Positions 17,515-26,855 of a DNA stretch of 64,000 bases are shown piece by piece. Below the pieces are notes generated by a model that saw nothing but the letters and a program-made list of their open reading frames with translations, was not told the origin of the DNA and made no database searches. Made by a program: the position numbers and the translations under genes. The DNA is taken from the sequence record OP114733; one strand, written 5' to 3'. Origin of the DNA: Escherichia phage vB_EcoM-pEB20. Positions within the stretch are counted from its first letter, which is position 1; each line of letters opens with the position of its first letter.

Positions 17515-18057
17515 ATGAGAAAAGCACTACTCGCTGGTCTATTTGCTCTTTCATTATCAGCACATAGCTCCGAGCATACTTTTAGTAATGTCCAACTCGA
17601 TAACTTGAATTATGCTTATCAGTTTGGGGAACAGTTTTCTAAGGACGGAAAATTTAAAACGCATGAAAATATGCATAAGAAAGGACTTGGATACATAATG
17701 GCCGCAATACTATGGCAGGAATCATCCGCCGGTATTAATCTTAAAGATAAGAAAGGTCACCATGCGTATGGAATGTTCCAAAATTATCTACCAACAATGA
17801 GGGCAAGAATTAACCAGCTTGGTTATAATATGACTGATGCCCAAATTAAGAAAATGCTATCTAAGCGGTCTAATTCAGCCAGATGGGCTTATATCGAATT
17901 TTCTTATTGGTTAAATATACATAACGGGGATATAAGAAAAGCTATATCCTCATATAATGCGGGATGGAAGACAAGTGCTGGAAGTAAATATGCTTCTGAA
18001 GTCCTAGAAAAGGCTAATTACCTTAAATCAAATAAACTACTGGAAATAAAAGAATGA
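17515..18057 (+). CDS. secreted lytic transglycosylase-like (SLT domain) protein
   Basis: Signal peptide; E-S catalytic motif (LWQESSAG), GMFQ and YNAG motifs of SLT family. Confidence 0.65.
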   Translation: MRKALLAGLFALSLSAHSSEHTFSNVQLDNLNYAYQFGEQFSKDGKFKTHENMHKKGLGYIMAAILWQESSAGINLKDKKGHHAYGMFQNYLPTMRARINQLGYNMTDAQIKKMLSKRSNSARWAYIEFSYWLNIHNGDIRKAISSYNAGWKTSAGSKYASEVLEKANYLKSNKLLEIKE

Positions 18058-18401
18058 CCAAAATGTTGGCTTTAATAGTTGGCTTGGTTTCATTTAACGC
18101 TCTTGCTAATACTACATATACTGATGTAACGGAGTATACAAACAGAACGGCGTCTGATTATTGCGGTAAAAGTCAAGAGTGTAAAGTAGATTTTTCACAA
18201 AAATTGTTATATGCGTATAAAGACGGAGAAAAAGATGGGGCGTCTAGTAGGTTCAAGGCGTCTACCTTAATTAAAAGATACTATAAAAAATGGCAAATAT
18301 TAGAATGCTCGGTGGCGGAACCTAAAGATAAGGCAGCATGCAATTCTATGGTGGACCGTCTAGTTGACTCTTATAATAGAGGACTTGCAGCAAGTGATTA
18401 A
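18054..18401 (+). CDS. secreted Cys-containing hypothetical protein
   Basis: 115 aa with signal peptide MTKMLALIVGLVSFNALA and 4 Cys. Confidence 0.55.
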   Translation: MTKMLALIVGLVSFNALANTTYTDVTEYTNRTASDYCGKSQECKVDFSQKLLYAYKDGEKDGASSRFKASTLIKRYYKKWQILECSVAEPKDKAACNSMVDRLVDSYNRGLAASD

Positions 18402-18861
18402 AAACTATATCAAGGGCGATATTGTCGCCCTGTTTTCTAAAGGTAATAATATTGCTCACGGGTGTAATTGTTTTCATACAATGGGCGCCGGTGTAGCAGG
18501 CCAATTAGCAAAGGCTTATCCAAAAATTTTAGAAGCCGATAAACTTCAAACCGAATTCGGAGACGAGTCTAAACTCGGGACTTATTCGGTTTATGAAAAA
18601 TATTTTAAGACCCATAAAGCTTATTGCTTTAATCTTTATACACAGTTTGAGCCGGGACCTAATTTTGAGTACTCTGCTTTAATGAATTGTATAATAGAAT
18701 TAAATGAATTCGGAAAGAATAAGATAACAAAGCCTGTAATTTATATGCCAAGAATTGGTGCAGGTATTGGTGGTGGAAACTGGGATGTCATCGAAGAGAT
18801 TTTAGATACGTATTCCACTAAACTAGAAATTGTGATTGTTGATTGGGAACCGTTATTATGA
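18394..18861 (+). CDS. macro-domain-like protein (putative ADP-ribose binding/hydrolase)
   Basis: About 155 aa; GDIVAL...HGCNC...MGAGVAGQ and PRIGAGIGGG resemble macro domain motifs; start uncertain (GTG 18394 or TTG 18364). Confidence 0.55.
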   Translation: MIKNYIKGDIVALFSKGNNIAHGCNCFHTMGAGVAGQLAKAYPKILEADKLQTEFGDESKLGTYSVYEKYFKTHKAYCFNLYTQFEPGPNFEYSALMNCIIELNEFGKNKITKPVIYMPRIGAGIGGGNWDVIEEILDTYSTKLEIVIVDWEPLL

Positions 18862-19070
18862 ATATACATTATCCACATCCATATGATCCAAAGAATAAGG
18901 CAGTAATTATTCGTCAATGGGAACGCATTTGTCGTACTAAATGTCCAATTAATAGTCCACATGATGTAGATAAAGACTACATCGGAACATTCGTTGAATA
19001 TACCTTTATTGATAAGAAAGGCCGTAAACAACATGTAGAAGAATATTGCTTAAAGGTGACATGGCTATGA
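18858..19070 (+). CDS. hypothetical protein
   Basis: 70 aa; ATGA overlap. Confidence 0.45.
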   Translation: MNIHYPHPYDPKNKAVIIRQWERICRTKCPINSPHDVDKDYIGTFVEYTFIDKKGRKQHVEEYCLKVTWL

Positions 19071-19273
19071 GTCAAACAAAAATTCTTACAGGTGCTAAAT
19101 GCGAAAAATGCGAATGGCCTGTAGTTTTTGCTTTATGCAATGACGAAATGGCTTGTGATTTTGATTATTGGTGTTACTGTTCGAACAAAGGTTGTAGCAA
19201 TCATAAAGGTGAAGGGTTTTACTCAGGATTTTACCCTTACCCAGATTTCGTTAAAGAAGGTGAACCTAAATGA
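19067..19273 (+). CDS. Cys-rich small protein (possible zinc binding)
   Basis: 68 aa with 8 Cys (CEKCEW...CNDEMAC...CYCSNKGC). Confidence 0.45.
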   Translation: MSQTKILTGAKCEKCEWPVVFALCNDEMACDFDYWCYCSNKGCSNHKGEGFYSGFYPYPDFVKEGEPK

Positions 19274-19452
19274 AATTGACTAAAGAAGAGAAAGCTAAAC
19301 TGTTCGAACTTATCCATGACCTATTGGATGAGCAAGCAGCCACCAATGCGTACGATGAATATGCTCCTTTAACAGATGAAGAATATAATGCATTGATGGA
19401 ATCATTTGACAGGAAAGAACAAGAACTCATTGACTACGTGAATTCACTATAA
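19270..19452 (+). CDS. small acidic hypothetical protein
   Basis: 60 aa; ATGA overlap. Confidence 0.45.
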   Translation: MKLTKEEKAKLFELIHDLLDEQAATNAYDEYAPLTDEEYNALMESFDRKEQELIDYVNSL

Positions 19453-19461
19453 AGGACTCTT

Positions 19462-20043
19462 ATGGCTAGTTTAATTTTTACCTATGCCGCTATGAACGCT
19501 GGTAAGTCTGCTTCATTACTTACTGCCGCACATAACTATAAAGAACGTGGCATGGGTGTATTAGTTCTTAAACCGGCTATTGATACTCGCGATTCAAAAG
19601 GTGAAATAGTCTCTCGTATTGGTATTCGTCAGGATGCCAATATAATTACAAAAGACATGGATATCTTTGAATTCTATAAATGGGCTGCAGCACAAAAGGA
19701 TATTCACTGTGTATTTGTTGACGAAGCTCAGTTCTTAACTACTGAAAAGGTGTATCAACTTAGTCGTATTGTTGACGTATACAATGTGCCGGTAATGGCA
19801 TATGGACTACGAACAGATTTTAAAGGTAATCTATTTGAAGGTTCTCAAGCATTAATGGCTATTGCCGATAAGCTTGTTGAACTTAAAGGTGTCTGTCATT
19901 GTGGTAAAAAGGCCACAATGGTAGCTAGAGTCACGGAAGACGGACTTCCAATTACAGATGGCAGTCAAATTGAAATTGGTGATACAGATAGATACGTGTC
20001 ATTATGCCGGAAGCATTGGAACGATTTGACAGGGTTGTTATAA
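19462..20043 (+). CDS. tk: thymidine kinase
   Basis: 193 aa; P-loop AMNAGKS, VDEAQF, C-terminal zinc ribbon CHCGKK...CRKH. Confidence 0.95.
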   Translation: MASLIFTYAAMNAGKSASLLTAAHNYKERGMGVLVLKPAIDTRDSKGEIVSRIGIRQDANIITKDMDIFEFYKWAAAQKDIHCVFVDEAQFLTTEKVYQLSRIVDVYNVPVMAYGLRTDFKGNLFEGSQALMAIADKLVELKGVCHCGKKATMVARVTEDGLPITDGSQIEIGDTDRYVSLCRKHWNDLTGLL

Positions 20044-20070
20044 ATACTAATATCTAACCAAGAGGTATAT

Positions 20071-20283
20071 ATGCAGCAATTAAACGAAAGACAACTTCGT
20101 AATCTTACTGTAACCCAATTGGATGAAATCCGAAGAGAATTAGGACATTCTATTTCTCATTTAAACGAGGATATCCGTCAAACTGGTTCTAAAGCTGATT
20201 ATACACGCAAGCGCAAGCTGGAAAAATACCTCACAGATGTTAAGGCCGTCCAAAGGCGAAAAATAAATACTGGCCAAAATTAA
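20071..20283 (+). CDS. hypothetical basic protein
   Basis: 70 aa ORF; TATAAATA late-promoter-like element at 20039-20046. Confidence 0.5.
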   Translation: MQQLNERQLRNLTVTQLDEIRRELGHSISHLNEDIRQTGSKADYTRKRKLEKYLTDVKAVQRRKINTGQN

Positions 20284-20295
20284 CAGGAGGCCTAT

Positions 20296-20598
20296 ATGGC
20301 CTTAAGAGCGATAGCTGTCATGGCGATGCTGGGGTTTTTTGCAGCAACAACTCCTATCGTTGGTACTGCATATATCGACCCATATTTTGATAACTTTATG
20401 GAATCAGGGATTAAAAACGTATATACTTTGTTTGAAATTCAAAATGTCGAGAATTCTGAAAAATTCTATAAGTATATGGCAAAGCATTACAAAAATAGCC
20501 CCTGTGATGATGCATTTGAATGTCATGAACAAGGCATAAAAACTGCCAGACAATTTGCTGAGTTCATGAAAATAAAATTAGAGCCTACATCTATCTAA
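20296..20598 (+). CDS. rI: lysis inhibition regulator rI
   Basis: 100 aa with N-terminal signal-anchor; matches T4 RI in size, topology and position as recalled. Confidence 0.8.
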   Translation: MALRAIAVMAMLGFFAATTPIVGTAYIDPYFDNFMESGIKNVYTLFEIQNVENSEKFYKYMAKHYKNSPCDDAFECHEQGIKTARQFAEFMKIKLEPTSI

Positions 20599-20604
20599 TT
20601 TACT

Positions 20605-20632
20605 AGCCCCTTCCTTATGGTTGGGGCTTTTT
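20605..20632 (+). terminator. rho-independent terminator
   Basis: AGCCCC-ttccttatggtt-GGGGCT + TTTTT; same hairpin as 5369. Confidence 0.7.
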
Positions 20633-20643
20633 GGCATCTATCA

Positions 20644-20695
20644 GTTTACTTCTCCTCAGGTTGTGTTATAGTAGTCCTTACTTACTAGAGGAGAA
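20644..20695 (+). promoter_or_regulatory. early promoter with IR TTCTCCTC/GAGGAGAA
   Basis: GTTTAC 20644, -10 TATAGT 20667, 3' arm is SD. Confidence 0.55.
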
Positions 20696-20699
20696 CGTT

Positions 20700-20879
20700 A
20701 TGACACGTAAAGAAAAGATTTCTAAGTTAATGTTTTTGATTGAAGAGTACGCTAATGCGGTATCTGATTGGGAAAATGCCCATGGTTGCGAAGATGGAGA
20801 CATCGACATTAACAGAGCTATGAAAAAGATGGCCGAAGCCCACACCGAATTGCAAATGTATGTTAACGAGATTATGTGA
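20700..20879 (+). CDS. small hypothetical protein
   Basis: 59 aa from ATG 20700 with GAGGAGAA SD; track ORF start 20631 spans terminator and is rejected. Confidence 0.45.
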   Translation: MTRKEKISKLMFLIEEYANAVSDWENAHGCEDGDIDINRAMKKMAEAHTELQMYVNEIM

Positions 20880-20886
20880 GGATATT

Positions 20887-21093
20887 ATGCTTTACGATTA
20901 TACTGGAAAATCTGAAGACGGTGTACTTGAACTTTTACCTGAAAGCGCTGAAGATGATGATATGGTGGTGATGTTTTGTAAAAATGGTCCTGGGGATAAG
21001 GGATGGATTTATCTTCGCCAAGAAAATGACCTAATTGTTTTGGACCCTAAACAAGTTGAAGAACTTTATCAACATTTAAAACATAATCGGTAG
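20887..21093 (+). CDS. small acidic hypothetical protein
   Basis: 68 aa from ATG 20887 (GAGGA SD). Confidence 0.45.
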   Translation: MLYDYTGKSEDGVLELLPESAEDDDMVVMFCKNGPGDKGWIYLRQENDLIVLDPKQVEELYQHLKHNR

Positions 21094-21130
21094 TTTACAT
21101 GCTAATAGGACTATGATATAGTAGTCCTAT
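21093..21130 (+). promoter_or_regulatory. early promoter in IR ATAGGACTA..TAGTCCTAT (PeSL-like)
   Basis: GTTTACA 21093, -10 TATAGT. Confidence 0.55.
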
Positions 21131-21150
21131 CAAATCAATTGGAGAACAAA

Positions 21151-21261
21151 ATGAAACTTTTGCTTATCGCTTATGTTGTAGTACAATACAATTATCCGAT
21201 GTTTACTTATAACATGGTAAACGGCATAGTGAATCTTATTGAAACGAGTATGGTAAAATGA
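21151..21261 (+). CDS. very small hydrophobic peptide ORF (36 aa)
   Basis: ATG 21151 after GGAGAA; MKLLLIAYVVVQYNY...; below track cut-off; speculative. Confidence 0.3.
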   Translation: MKLLLIAYVVVQYNYPMFTYNMVNGIVNLIETSMVK

Positions 21262-21373
21262 CCCGTGAACAAGCTAATAAATTGATGGACCTTATTTAAT
21301 TTTTATAGAAATCAGGTTGATGCTCGTCAGAATGATTTGGTGAATTTTGTTGAAACTTTAATTGGTGAATAAT

Positions 21374-21904
21374 ATGAAAACTGTAATTGAAACGACTGAG
21401 TTGTTTGGTGATTTATGTATCGAAAAACGTGGTTATGCGTACGTTCTGACGCAAGAAGATGATGTTGTTACTATTCTTCCTATGGAACTAGACAAGATTT
21501 TGAAACTCAATCCACCCGGCCATGCATCTGTAATTAACATTGATGAAGACCTTCAAGTTCGTTTTTATCACAGTCTTTATAGTGGGGTTAATATCGAAAC
21601 AGAAGATGAATGCCTTTCTATCAATAATTGGAAAACATTCGTCACTAAGGTGAAAGAATTCATAGAATCTGAAACAGCCAAAAAGGCCAAACTTCAATGG
21701 GCTAAATGCCGTAATGCTTTTATTACAAATCAGGACCGCCCTGACTATACAACAGTCCTAGGCGTTAATCCTTCTTATGAAGACGGTGATGTCGTAGTTA
21801 TTCGCCAAATTGATGACCTTCGTCAGCATATCATTACATTAGACAAAGATGAAGCAGTTGCTCTTAAAGCTTATCTCGATTCTATTATCCCGACTTTGAA
21901 ATAA
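21374..21904 (+). CDS. hypothetical protein
   Basis: 176 aa from ATG 21374. Confidence 0.55.
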   Translation: MKTVIETTELFGDLCIEKRGYAYVLTQEDDVVTILPMELDKILKLNPPGHASVINIDEDLQVRFYHSLYSGVNIETEDECLSINNWKTFVTKVKEFIESETAKKAKLQWAKCRNAFITNQDRPDYTTVLGVNPSYEDGDVVVIRQIDDLRQHIITLDKDEAVALKAYLDSIIPTLK

Positions 21905-21913
21905 GGAATTATT

Positions 21914-22387
21914 ATGATTATCAATGAAAACTCTTGGCATTTTAAAATTTATGCCGCGTTCAATAGTACATGGAATCGCCCGAAAACGTTGTGTGCTTAT
22001 TTTTGGAAAACGTTAATCCCAGTATTGGCTGTTTCAATTATTGGATTTGCGATTTTAGCAGCAGTCACAATCATTGGCCATGAAATTTTAACTAAATTCT
22101 TTGTTTTTAGCAGTCTATGGACATTAGTTCCAGCCTCAATTGGTGTAGGCATTTTATTGGTAGCAGTCATGGCTTTTATTTCTACCGGGTTGGTAATTGG
22201 TCCGTCTTGGTTGTTAGACAAATATAACGACAGAAAATATTATAAAGAAATTGAGCTCATTGCACAAAACCAAGAACGAATTAAAAATGGACTTGAGCCT
22301 ATTGAACGTAAGAAATCATTAATAGGCGAATACCTTAAAGCTCGTAAAGAAAAAGTCTGTCCTACTCTTGAATATAAGGCTAAATGA
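21914..22387 (+). CDS. membrane protein
   Basis: 157 aa with about 3 TM helices. Confidence 0.55.
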   Translation: MIINENSWHFKIYAAFNSTWNRPKTLCAYFWKTLIPVLAVSIIGFAILAAVTIIGHEILTKFFVFSSLWTLVPASIGVGILLVAVMAFISTGLVIGPSWLLDKYNDRKYYKEIELIAQNQERIKNGLEPIERKKSLIGEYLKARKEKVCPTLEYKAK

Positions 22388-23373
22388 TGAAAACAATTAT
22401 GAAAGGCTACTTTGGTAGCCACCTTTATGGAACGTCTACCCCAGAATCTGACGTTGATTTTAAAGAAATTTATGTCCCTCATGCTCGTGATATCTTGACC
22501 GGTAACGTTAAAGAACATATGAGCAAGAACACGAATAACACATCTTCTAAGAACACAAAAGACGACGTGGACCATGAGTTATATAGTCTCAAATATTTCT
22601 TTAAACTAGCTGCGGATGGTGAAACTGTCGCATTAGATATGCTTCACACTCCACCAAGTCTAGTAGTTAAATCTGATTTGCCTGATGTATGGAAGTATAT
22701 TCAAGATAACAGGTCTCGTTTCTATACCACTAACATGAAATCTTATTTAGGGTATGTCCGTAAGCAAGCTTCTAAATATGGTGTCAAGGGTTCTCGACTG
22801 GCTGTTCTTCGTCAAGCCCTTAAACGTTCTAATGAATGGGGACAATACTTTGATAACGGTGCAGTAATTCGTTTATCACATATGAAGAATGTTCTGCCTG
22901 TAGGTGAATTTGCTTCATGGGTTGAAATCGAAAACGAGAAAACAGGTAAGCAAACATTCTATAATCTGTTAGACCGTAAATTCCAAGACACGTTAACCAA
23001 TAAAGAGTTCAATGCCATCCTGGTTAAACTGGAAGAGAACTATGGTGAACGTGCTCGTAAGGCAGAAGCTAACGAAGGTATTGACTGGAAAGCATTGAGT
23101 CATGCATGTCGTGGTGGACTTCAATTATTGGAAATTTACAAAACCGGCGACCTGGTTTACCCACTTCAGGATGCTCCATTTATTCTCGATGTTAAGCTTG
23201 GTAAACATACGTTTAAAACTGTACAAGAATTCCTAGAAGATATCGTTGACCAAGTTGAACATGCGTCAGAACAAGCTGCCAAGAATGGTATGCAACAAAA
23301 AGTAGATATGAGTTTCTGGGATGATTTCCTTGAGCAGGTCTATCTCGAAAATCATAATTCTTACTATAAATAA
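22384..23373 (+). CDS. hypothetical protein with nucleotidyltransferase-like N-terminal motif
   Basis: 329 aa; GSHLYGTSTPESDVDF matches G-S...D-x-D NTase signature; unverified. Confidence 0.55.
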   Translation: MMKTIMKGYFGSHLYGTSTPESDVDFKEIYVPHARDILTGNVKEHMSKNTNNTSSKNTKDDVDHELYSLKYFFKLAADGETVALDMLHTPPSLVVKSDLPDVWKYIQDNRSRFYTTNMKSYLGYVRKQASKYGVKGSRLAVLRQALKRSNEWGQYFDNGAVIRLSHMKNVLPVGEFASWVEIENEKTGKQTFYNLLDRKFQDTLTNKEFNAILVKLEENYGERARKAEANEGIDWKALSHACRGGLQLLEIYKTGDLVYPLQDAPFILDVKLGKHTFKTVQEFLEDIVDQVEHASEQAAKNGMQQKVDMSFWDDFLEQVYLENHNSYYK

Positions 23374-23404
23374 ATAGATAAATAACCATTAACTTGAGGT
23401 AAAT

Positions 23405-23686
23405 ATGAAAAAATTAGTAATTGGTTTATTCGCAGTAATGATGGCATTCTCTGTTGGTGCTACCACGGGTTCAGCCAGCGGTAGTGCAGGAACTGGTGGT
23501 AACCAGTCTTCTGGGCCTTCCAACGGTTCGGTAAATGCATCACATTCTCAGGGTATTGAGAATATCAAATCAAGCTATATTAATAGCACGGCCGGACAAG
23601 CAACTGAAGCATGGTCAAAGGGTCGAGTAGTTACACGCTCCGTATTCTGTGATATGCCTAATTATGTTGCTAAGTGCGATAAGTAA
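23405..23686 (+). CDS. secreted Gly/Ser-rich small protein
   Basis: 93 aa with signal peptide MKKLVIGLFAVMMAFSVGA. Confidence 0.55.
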   Translation: MKKLVIGLFAVMMAFSVGATTGSASGSAGTGGNQSSGPSNGSVNASHSQGIENIKSSYINSTAGQATEAWSKGRVVTRSVFCDMPNYVAKCDK

Positions 23687-23691
23687 ATGTG

Positions 23692-23710
23692 GGGACCTTC
23701 GGGTCCCTTT
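23692..23710 (+). terminator. hairpin terminator with UUCG tetraloop
   Basis: GGGACC-TTCG-GGTCCC followed by TTT. Confidence 0.55.
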
Positions 23711-23804
23711 AGGGGGTTAAAATATTTTTAAAAAGTGGTGTACATGCTTTTAGGATATGTTATTATAGACCTATCGAAACGAAATGAGTAAATTGGAGAA
23801 TAAA

Positions 23805-24785
23805 ATGTTCAACGTTCAAATCAAAAAAGGTATCTATCGTAATAACGAAATCTCTGGTTCTTATGTTGCCACAAAGACCTGGTTCCCGGCAAAGCTTAAT
23901 CCTGAATGTTCCCACTTAGGTGATGGTAAAATTTTCGTTATGATTGATGGTTCTGAACGTGGAGTATGGGTCTTCAAATCAGACATCGTAATGGAAGGAG
24001 TTGAGACGTCACCGGTTGCAGTTGTTGAAAGCACTGAAGATATGAAAACTCGTATCAACAAACGCTTTAAAGTAATGAACATGATGACGAATGGTATTAT
24101 CGATGGCAAAATTCGTTCACTCATTATTTCAGGTGCAGCCGGTATCGGTAAGACGTATTCTCTGGATAAAGCACTTAATAGTGCTAATGATAACGGTTTC
24201 ATCAAATACAAAAGCATTAATGGTAAAATCTCTGGTATTGGCCTTTACGAACAACTTTGGCTCAACCGTGATGCAGACAGCGTTCTCTTAATCGACGACG
24301 TTGATGTATTCTCAGATATGGATATCTTGAACCTTCTTAAAGCAGCATTAGATACCGGTGATAAACGCAAAGTTTGTTGGAGCACTGCGTCATCTTATCT
24401 TGATGATAAGGGTATTGATAAAGAATTTGAGTTTGAAGGTACTATCGTTTTCATTACAAACGTTGATATTGATAAAGAGTTAGAACGCGGTTCGAAACTT
24501 GCTCCGCACCTTCAAGCTTTAGTATCTCGTTCAGTGTATCTCGACCTTGGAGTACACTCTAATGAAGAGATTATGGTTCGAGTTGAAGATGTAATATTAT
24601 CTACTGACATGATGCAGAAACGTGGCTTGACTGATGCTGAAACGTACAAAGCATTGTCCTGGATGAAGGCTAACGTATCTCGTCTTCGCAATGTATCATT
24701 ACGTACGGCTCTTTATGTAGCAGATTTTATTTCAACTGATAAAGATGGTTGGGAGGAAATCTCTGAAGTAACTTTACTGAAATAA
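23805..24785 (+). CDS. AAA+ family ATPase
   Basis: 326 aa from ATG 23805 (GGAGAA SD); Walker A GAAGIGKT, Walker B VLLIDDVD. Confidence 0.7.
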   Translation: MFNVQIKKGIYRNNEISGSYVATKTWFPAKLNPECSHLGDGKIFVMIDGSERGVWVFKSDIVMEGVETSPVAVVESTEDMKTRINKRFKVMNMMTNGIIDGKIRSLIISGAAGIGKTYSLDKALNSANDNGFIKYKSINGKISGIGLYEQLWLNRDADSVLLIDDVDVFSDMDILNLLKAALDTGDKRKVCWSTASSYLDDKGIDKEFEFEGTIVFITNVDIDKELERGSKLAPHLQALVSRSVYLDLGVHSNEEIMVRVEDVILSTDMMQKRGLTDAETYKALSWMKANVSRLRNVSLRTALYVADFISTDKDGWEEISEVTLLK

Positions 24786-24923
24786 GCTTATAGGAAGTTC
24801 TGAGGTAACAAAAGCCATAAAGATGAATAATCATATGGCTTACCTCAAAGAAGGACACCAGGAACCTACTGAGGGCATAGAAATATTTAAAAATAATGAT
24901 GTACAAATCAAAGAGGATATGTT

Positions 24924-25211
24924 ATGGATTTTATGCAAAAAATTAAAGCCGCAGTCGAACTGTATGCTCATCGTATGGTTAGTTCTACAATGCAATATAG
25001 CGAGGAGGTTCGCCAGGACTCTTCCTTGAAAGGAAAAACTAAAGCCTTAATTACCTTAGATCGTTTGCAAAAGAATGCCATAGAGATGCTCCAGTACGAC
25101 AAGGGTGTATATAAGAAAGAACAGGAAGAGAAACTTAAATCTGAAAAATTACAAAAAATCCCGAAGTCTGTTTGGTTCAGTGGAAAAAATACCGAAAAAA
25201 GTTTCTTTTAG
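24924..25211 (+). CDS. hypothetical protein
   Basis: 95 aa with AGAGGA SD. Confidence 0.45.
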   Translation: MDFMQKIKAAVELYAHRMVSSTMQYSEEVRQDSSLKGKTKALITLDRLQKNAIEMLQYDKGVYKKEQEEKLKSEKLQKIPKSVWFSGKNTEKSFF

Positions 25212-25213
25212 TT

Positions 25214-25250
25214 GTTTACAAGGTCTATGGTTATGTTATTATAGACCTAT
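25214..25250 (+). promoter_or_regulatory. early promoter with IR AGGTCTAT/ATAGACCT
   Basis: GTTTACA 25214, -10 TATTAT 25237. Confidence 0.5.
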
Positions 25251-25269
25251 CAACTACTGGAGGTAAAAC

Positions 25270-25797
25270 ATGAACGCTAAAGATATTTTCAACCTGGTAA
25301 ATTATAACGACGGTAAATTTAAATCTGAAGCACAAAGCAAGTTCTTTAATGACGTTGCTTATGGTAACGAGATTACCGTGGACGGAGGTCAGATTTTCAA
25401 ATCTCGCTGGAATTGGATTGTTATCATCGATTCAGTTGGAATTGTGGAAGTCTACAAAAACACTAACAAAAAACGTACATTATTCTGGTCTCGTGAAACT
25501 AACGAGCAGTACAAAAAGGATAAAGCATCTCGTTTATCCAAAGTAACCCAGGAAGATATCGAGTTTATCAAGAAAGATATCGAGATGTACGAAAATTTAA
25601 TCGCTGAAGACCAGGCAGTACTCGATAAGTTTGATGAAATTAAAGCTTCTCGTGAAATCCCTGACTTCATGAAAGAATCAGTAAACGAACGATACGCTCT
25701 CACTTCAGAACGTATTGCAAACTATACAAAACAGAAAGCAGAACGTATTAGTACTCTTCGGAAATTTGAAGAACGTTTAAAGACGGTTCACGCATAA
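25270..25797 (+). CDS. hypothetical protein
   Basis: 175 aa ORF. Confidence 0.55.
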   Translation: MNAKDIFNLVNYNDGKFKSEAQSKFFNDVAYGNEITVDGGQIFKSRWNWIVIIDSVGIVEVYKNTNKKRTLFWSRETNEQYKKDKASRLSKVTQEDIEFIKKDIEMYENLIAEDQAVLDKFDEIKASREIPDFMKESVNERYALTSERIANYTKQKAERISTLRKFEERLKTVHA

Positions 25798-25799
25798 AC

Positions 25800-25824
25800 G
25801 CTTTACCCAAGGACGGGTTATAAT
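25800..25824 (+). promoter_or_regulatory. middle (MotA-type) promoter candidate
   Basis: MotA-box-like GCTTTAC at 25800, 12 nt, TATAAT at 25819. Confidence 0.45.
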
Positions 25825-25859
25825 GGTTCTGAGTTCCAATTCAATCTGAGGAAATAGTT

Positions 25860-26855
25860 ATGAGCATTACATCTGATGCGGTAAAACATGAAATTAACGG
25901 TTTATGTGCTTCACAGATTAAAGTGTGGTTTAAAGACCATAATGATCGCAGAGCACTTAATTATGAACAAATTGCTATCCAAGTTCATCAATTACTGGTT
26001 AGTAAATTTGATTTTCATATGCCGTCTGAAATCTATACTAATCTGCCGCGAGCACTTATTAAAGCGTGTAAAGGTTATGGAAAATCAATGGCTGATGGAA
26101 TCTTCAGCGCGCTGAATAAACTTAACGTTCTGTCGATGATTAACTCTAACAACATCCTTCGTAATCTAGGACGTACTGATTTGTTCGGTCGTGAACAGGG
26201 TAAAATGCCTTTGAAATGGATTGTTGCTCATCTTAACGAGAACCAAACACGTTTTATGGCCGTAACAGCACGCTTACAAATGGGCCTAGATCGTCAGATG
26301 AACTTTAAAACTCATCCACGTTATTCAGGTTCAACTGACTTTTATAAATGTGAGCTTCAAAAGGTTGCAGGTAAAACTGTCTTAGTAGTTCGTGTAACGT
26401 TTGAAGGACGACGTCAAGGATATTTTGACATAATCGGCTCCGGGCTTAAACATTGTGGATTTATCGACGAAGTTGATATCAAGCGAGACGGCATTGGATA
26501 CCGTATTGGATATGTTTGTACTCTTAAAGAAGAGATTTCAGGACCAGCACCAGGACTAAAAGACGTTAGATATAAAGACGAGCTCATTGAAGAAATAAAA
26601 GAAGTTGAATATGATATCAACCAAGAAGATGCTCTTAAAGACCTTATTGACGAACTAAACCAAGACTTTATTCCGGTTCAGAAATTTGAATCAAAACATG
26701 CTGAGCAAATCAAATACTTTGAAGCTTTGATTAACGAACTTAATGTAACTATTCAACAGACCGACGATGAAATCTCACGATTAGCAGGCTTAAATGGTAA
26801 AAATAAAACAGAACGAGCTAATCTTATTCAAGTAGTAAAACTTCTTAAGGAATGA
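25860..26855 (+). CDS. hypothetical protein with C-terminal coiled coil
   Basis: 331 aa ORF. Confidence 0.6.
   Translation: MSITSDAVKHEINGLCASQIKVWFKDHNDRRALNYEQIAIQVHQLLVSKFDFHMPSEIYTNLPRALIKACKGYGKSMADGIFSALNKLNVLSMINSNNILRNLGRTDLFGREQGKMPLKWIVAHLNENQTRFMAVTARLQMGLDRQMNFKTHPRYSGSTDFYKCELQKVAGKTVLVVRVTFEGRRQGYFDIIGSGLKHCGFIDEVDIKRDGIGYRIGYVCTLKEEISGPAPGLKDVRYKDELIEEIKEVEYDINQEDALKDLIDELNQDFIPVQKFESKHAEQIKYFEALINELNVTIQQTDDEISRLAGLNGKNKTERANLIQVVKLLKE

Noticed and set aside
20631-20699. Track ORF N-terminal extension (start 20631)
   Set aside because: The extension covers the rI terminator hairpin and the early promoter; real start taken as ATG 20700 after the SD.
24823-25029. 68-aa ORF overlapping the 24924 gene
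   Set aside because: Alternative-frame overlap with a gene that has a clear SD; no support for both being coding.
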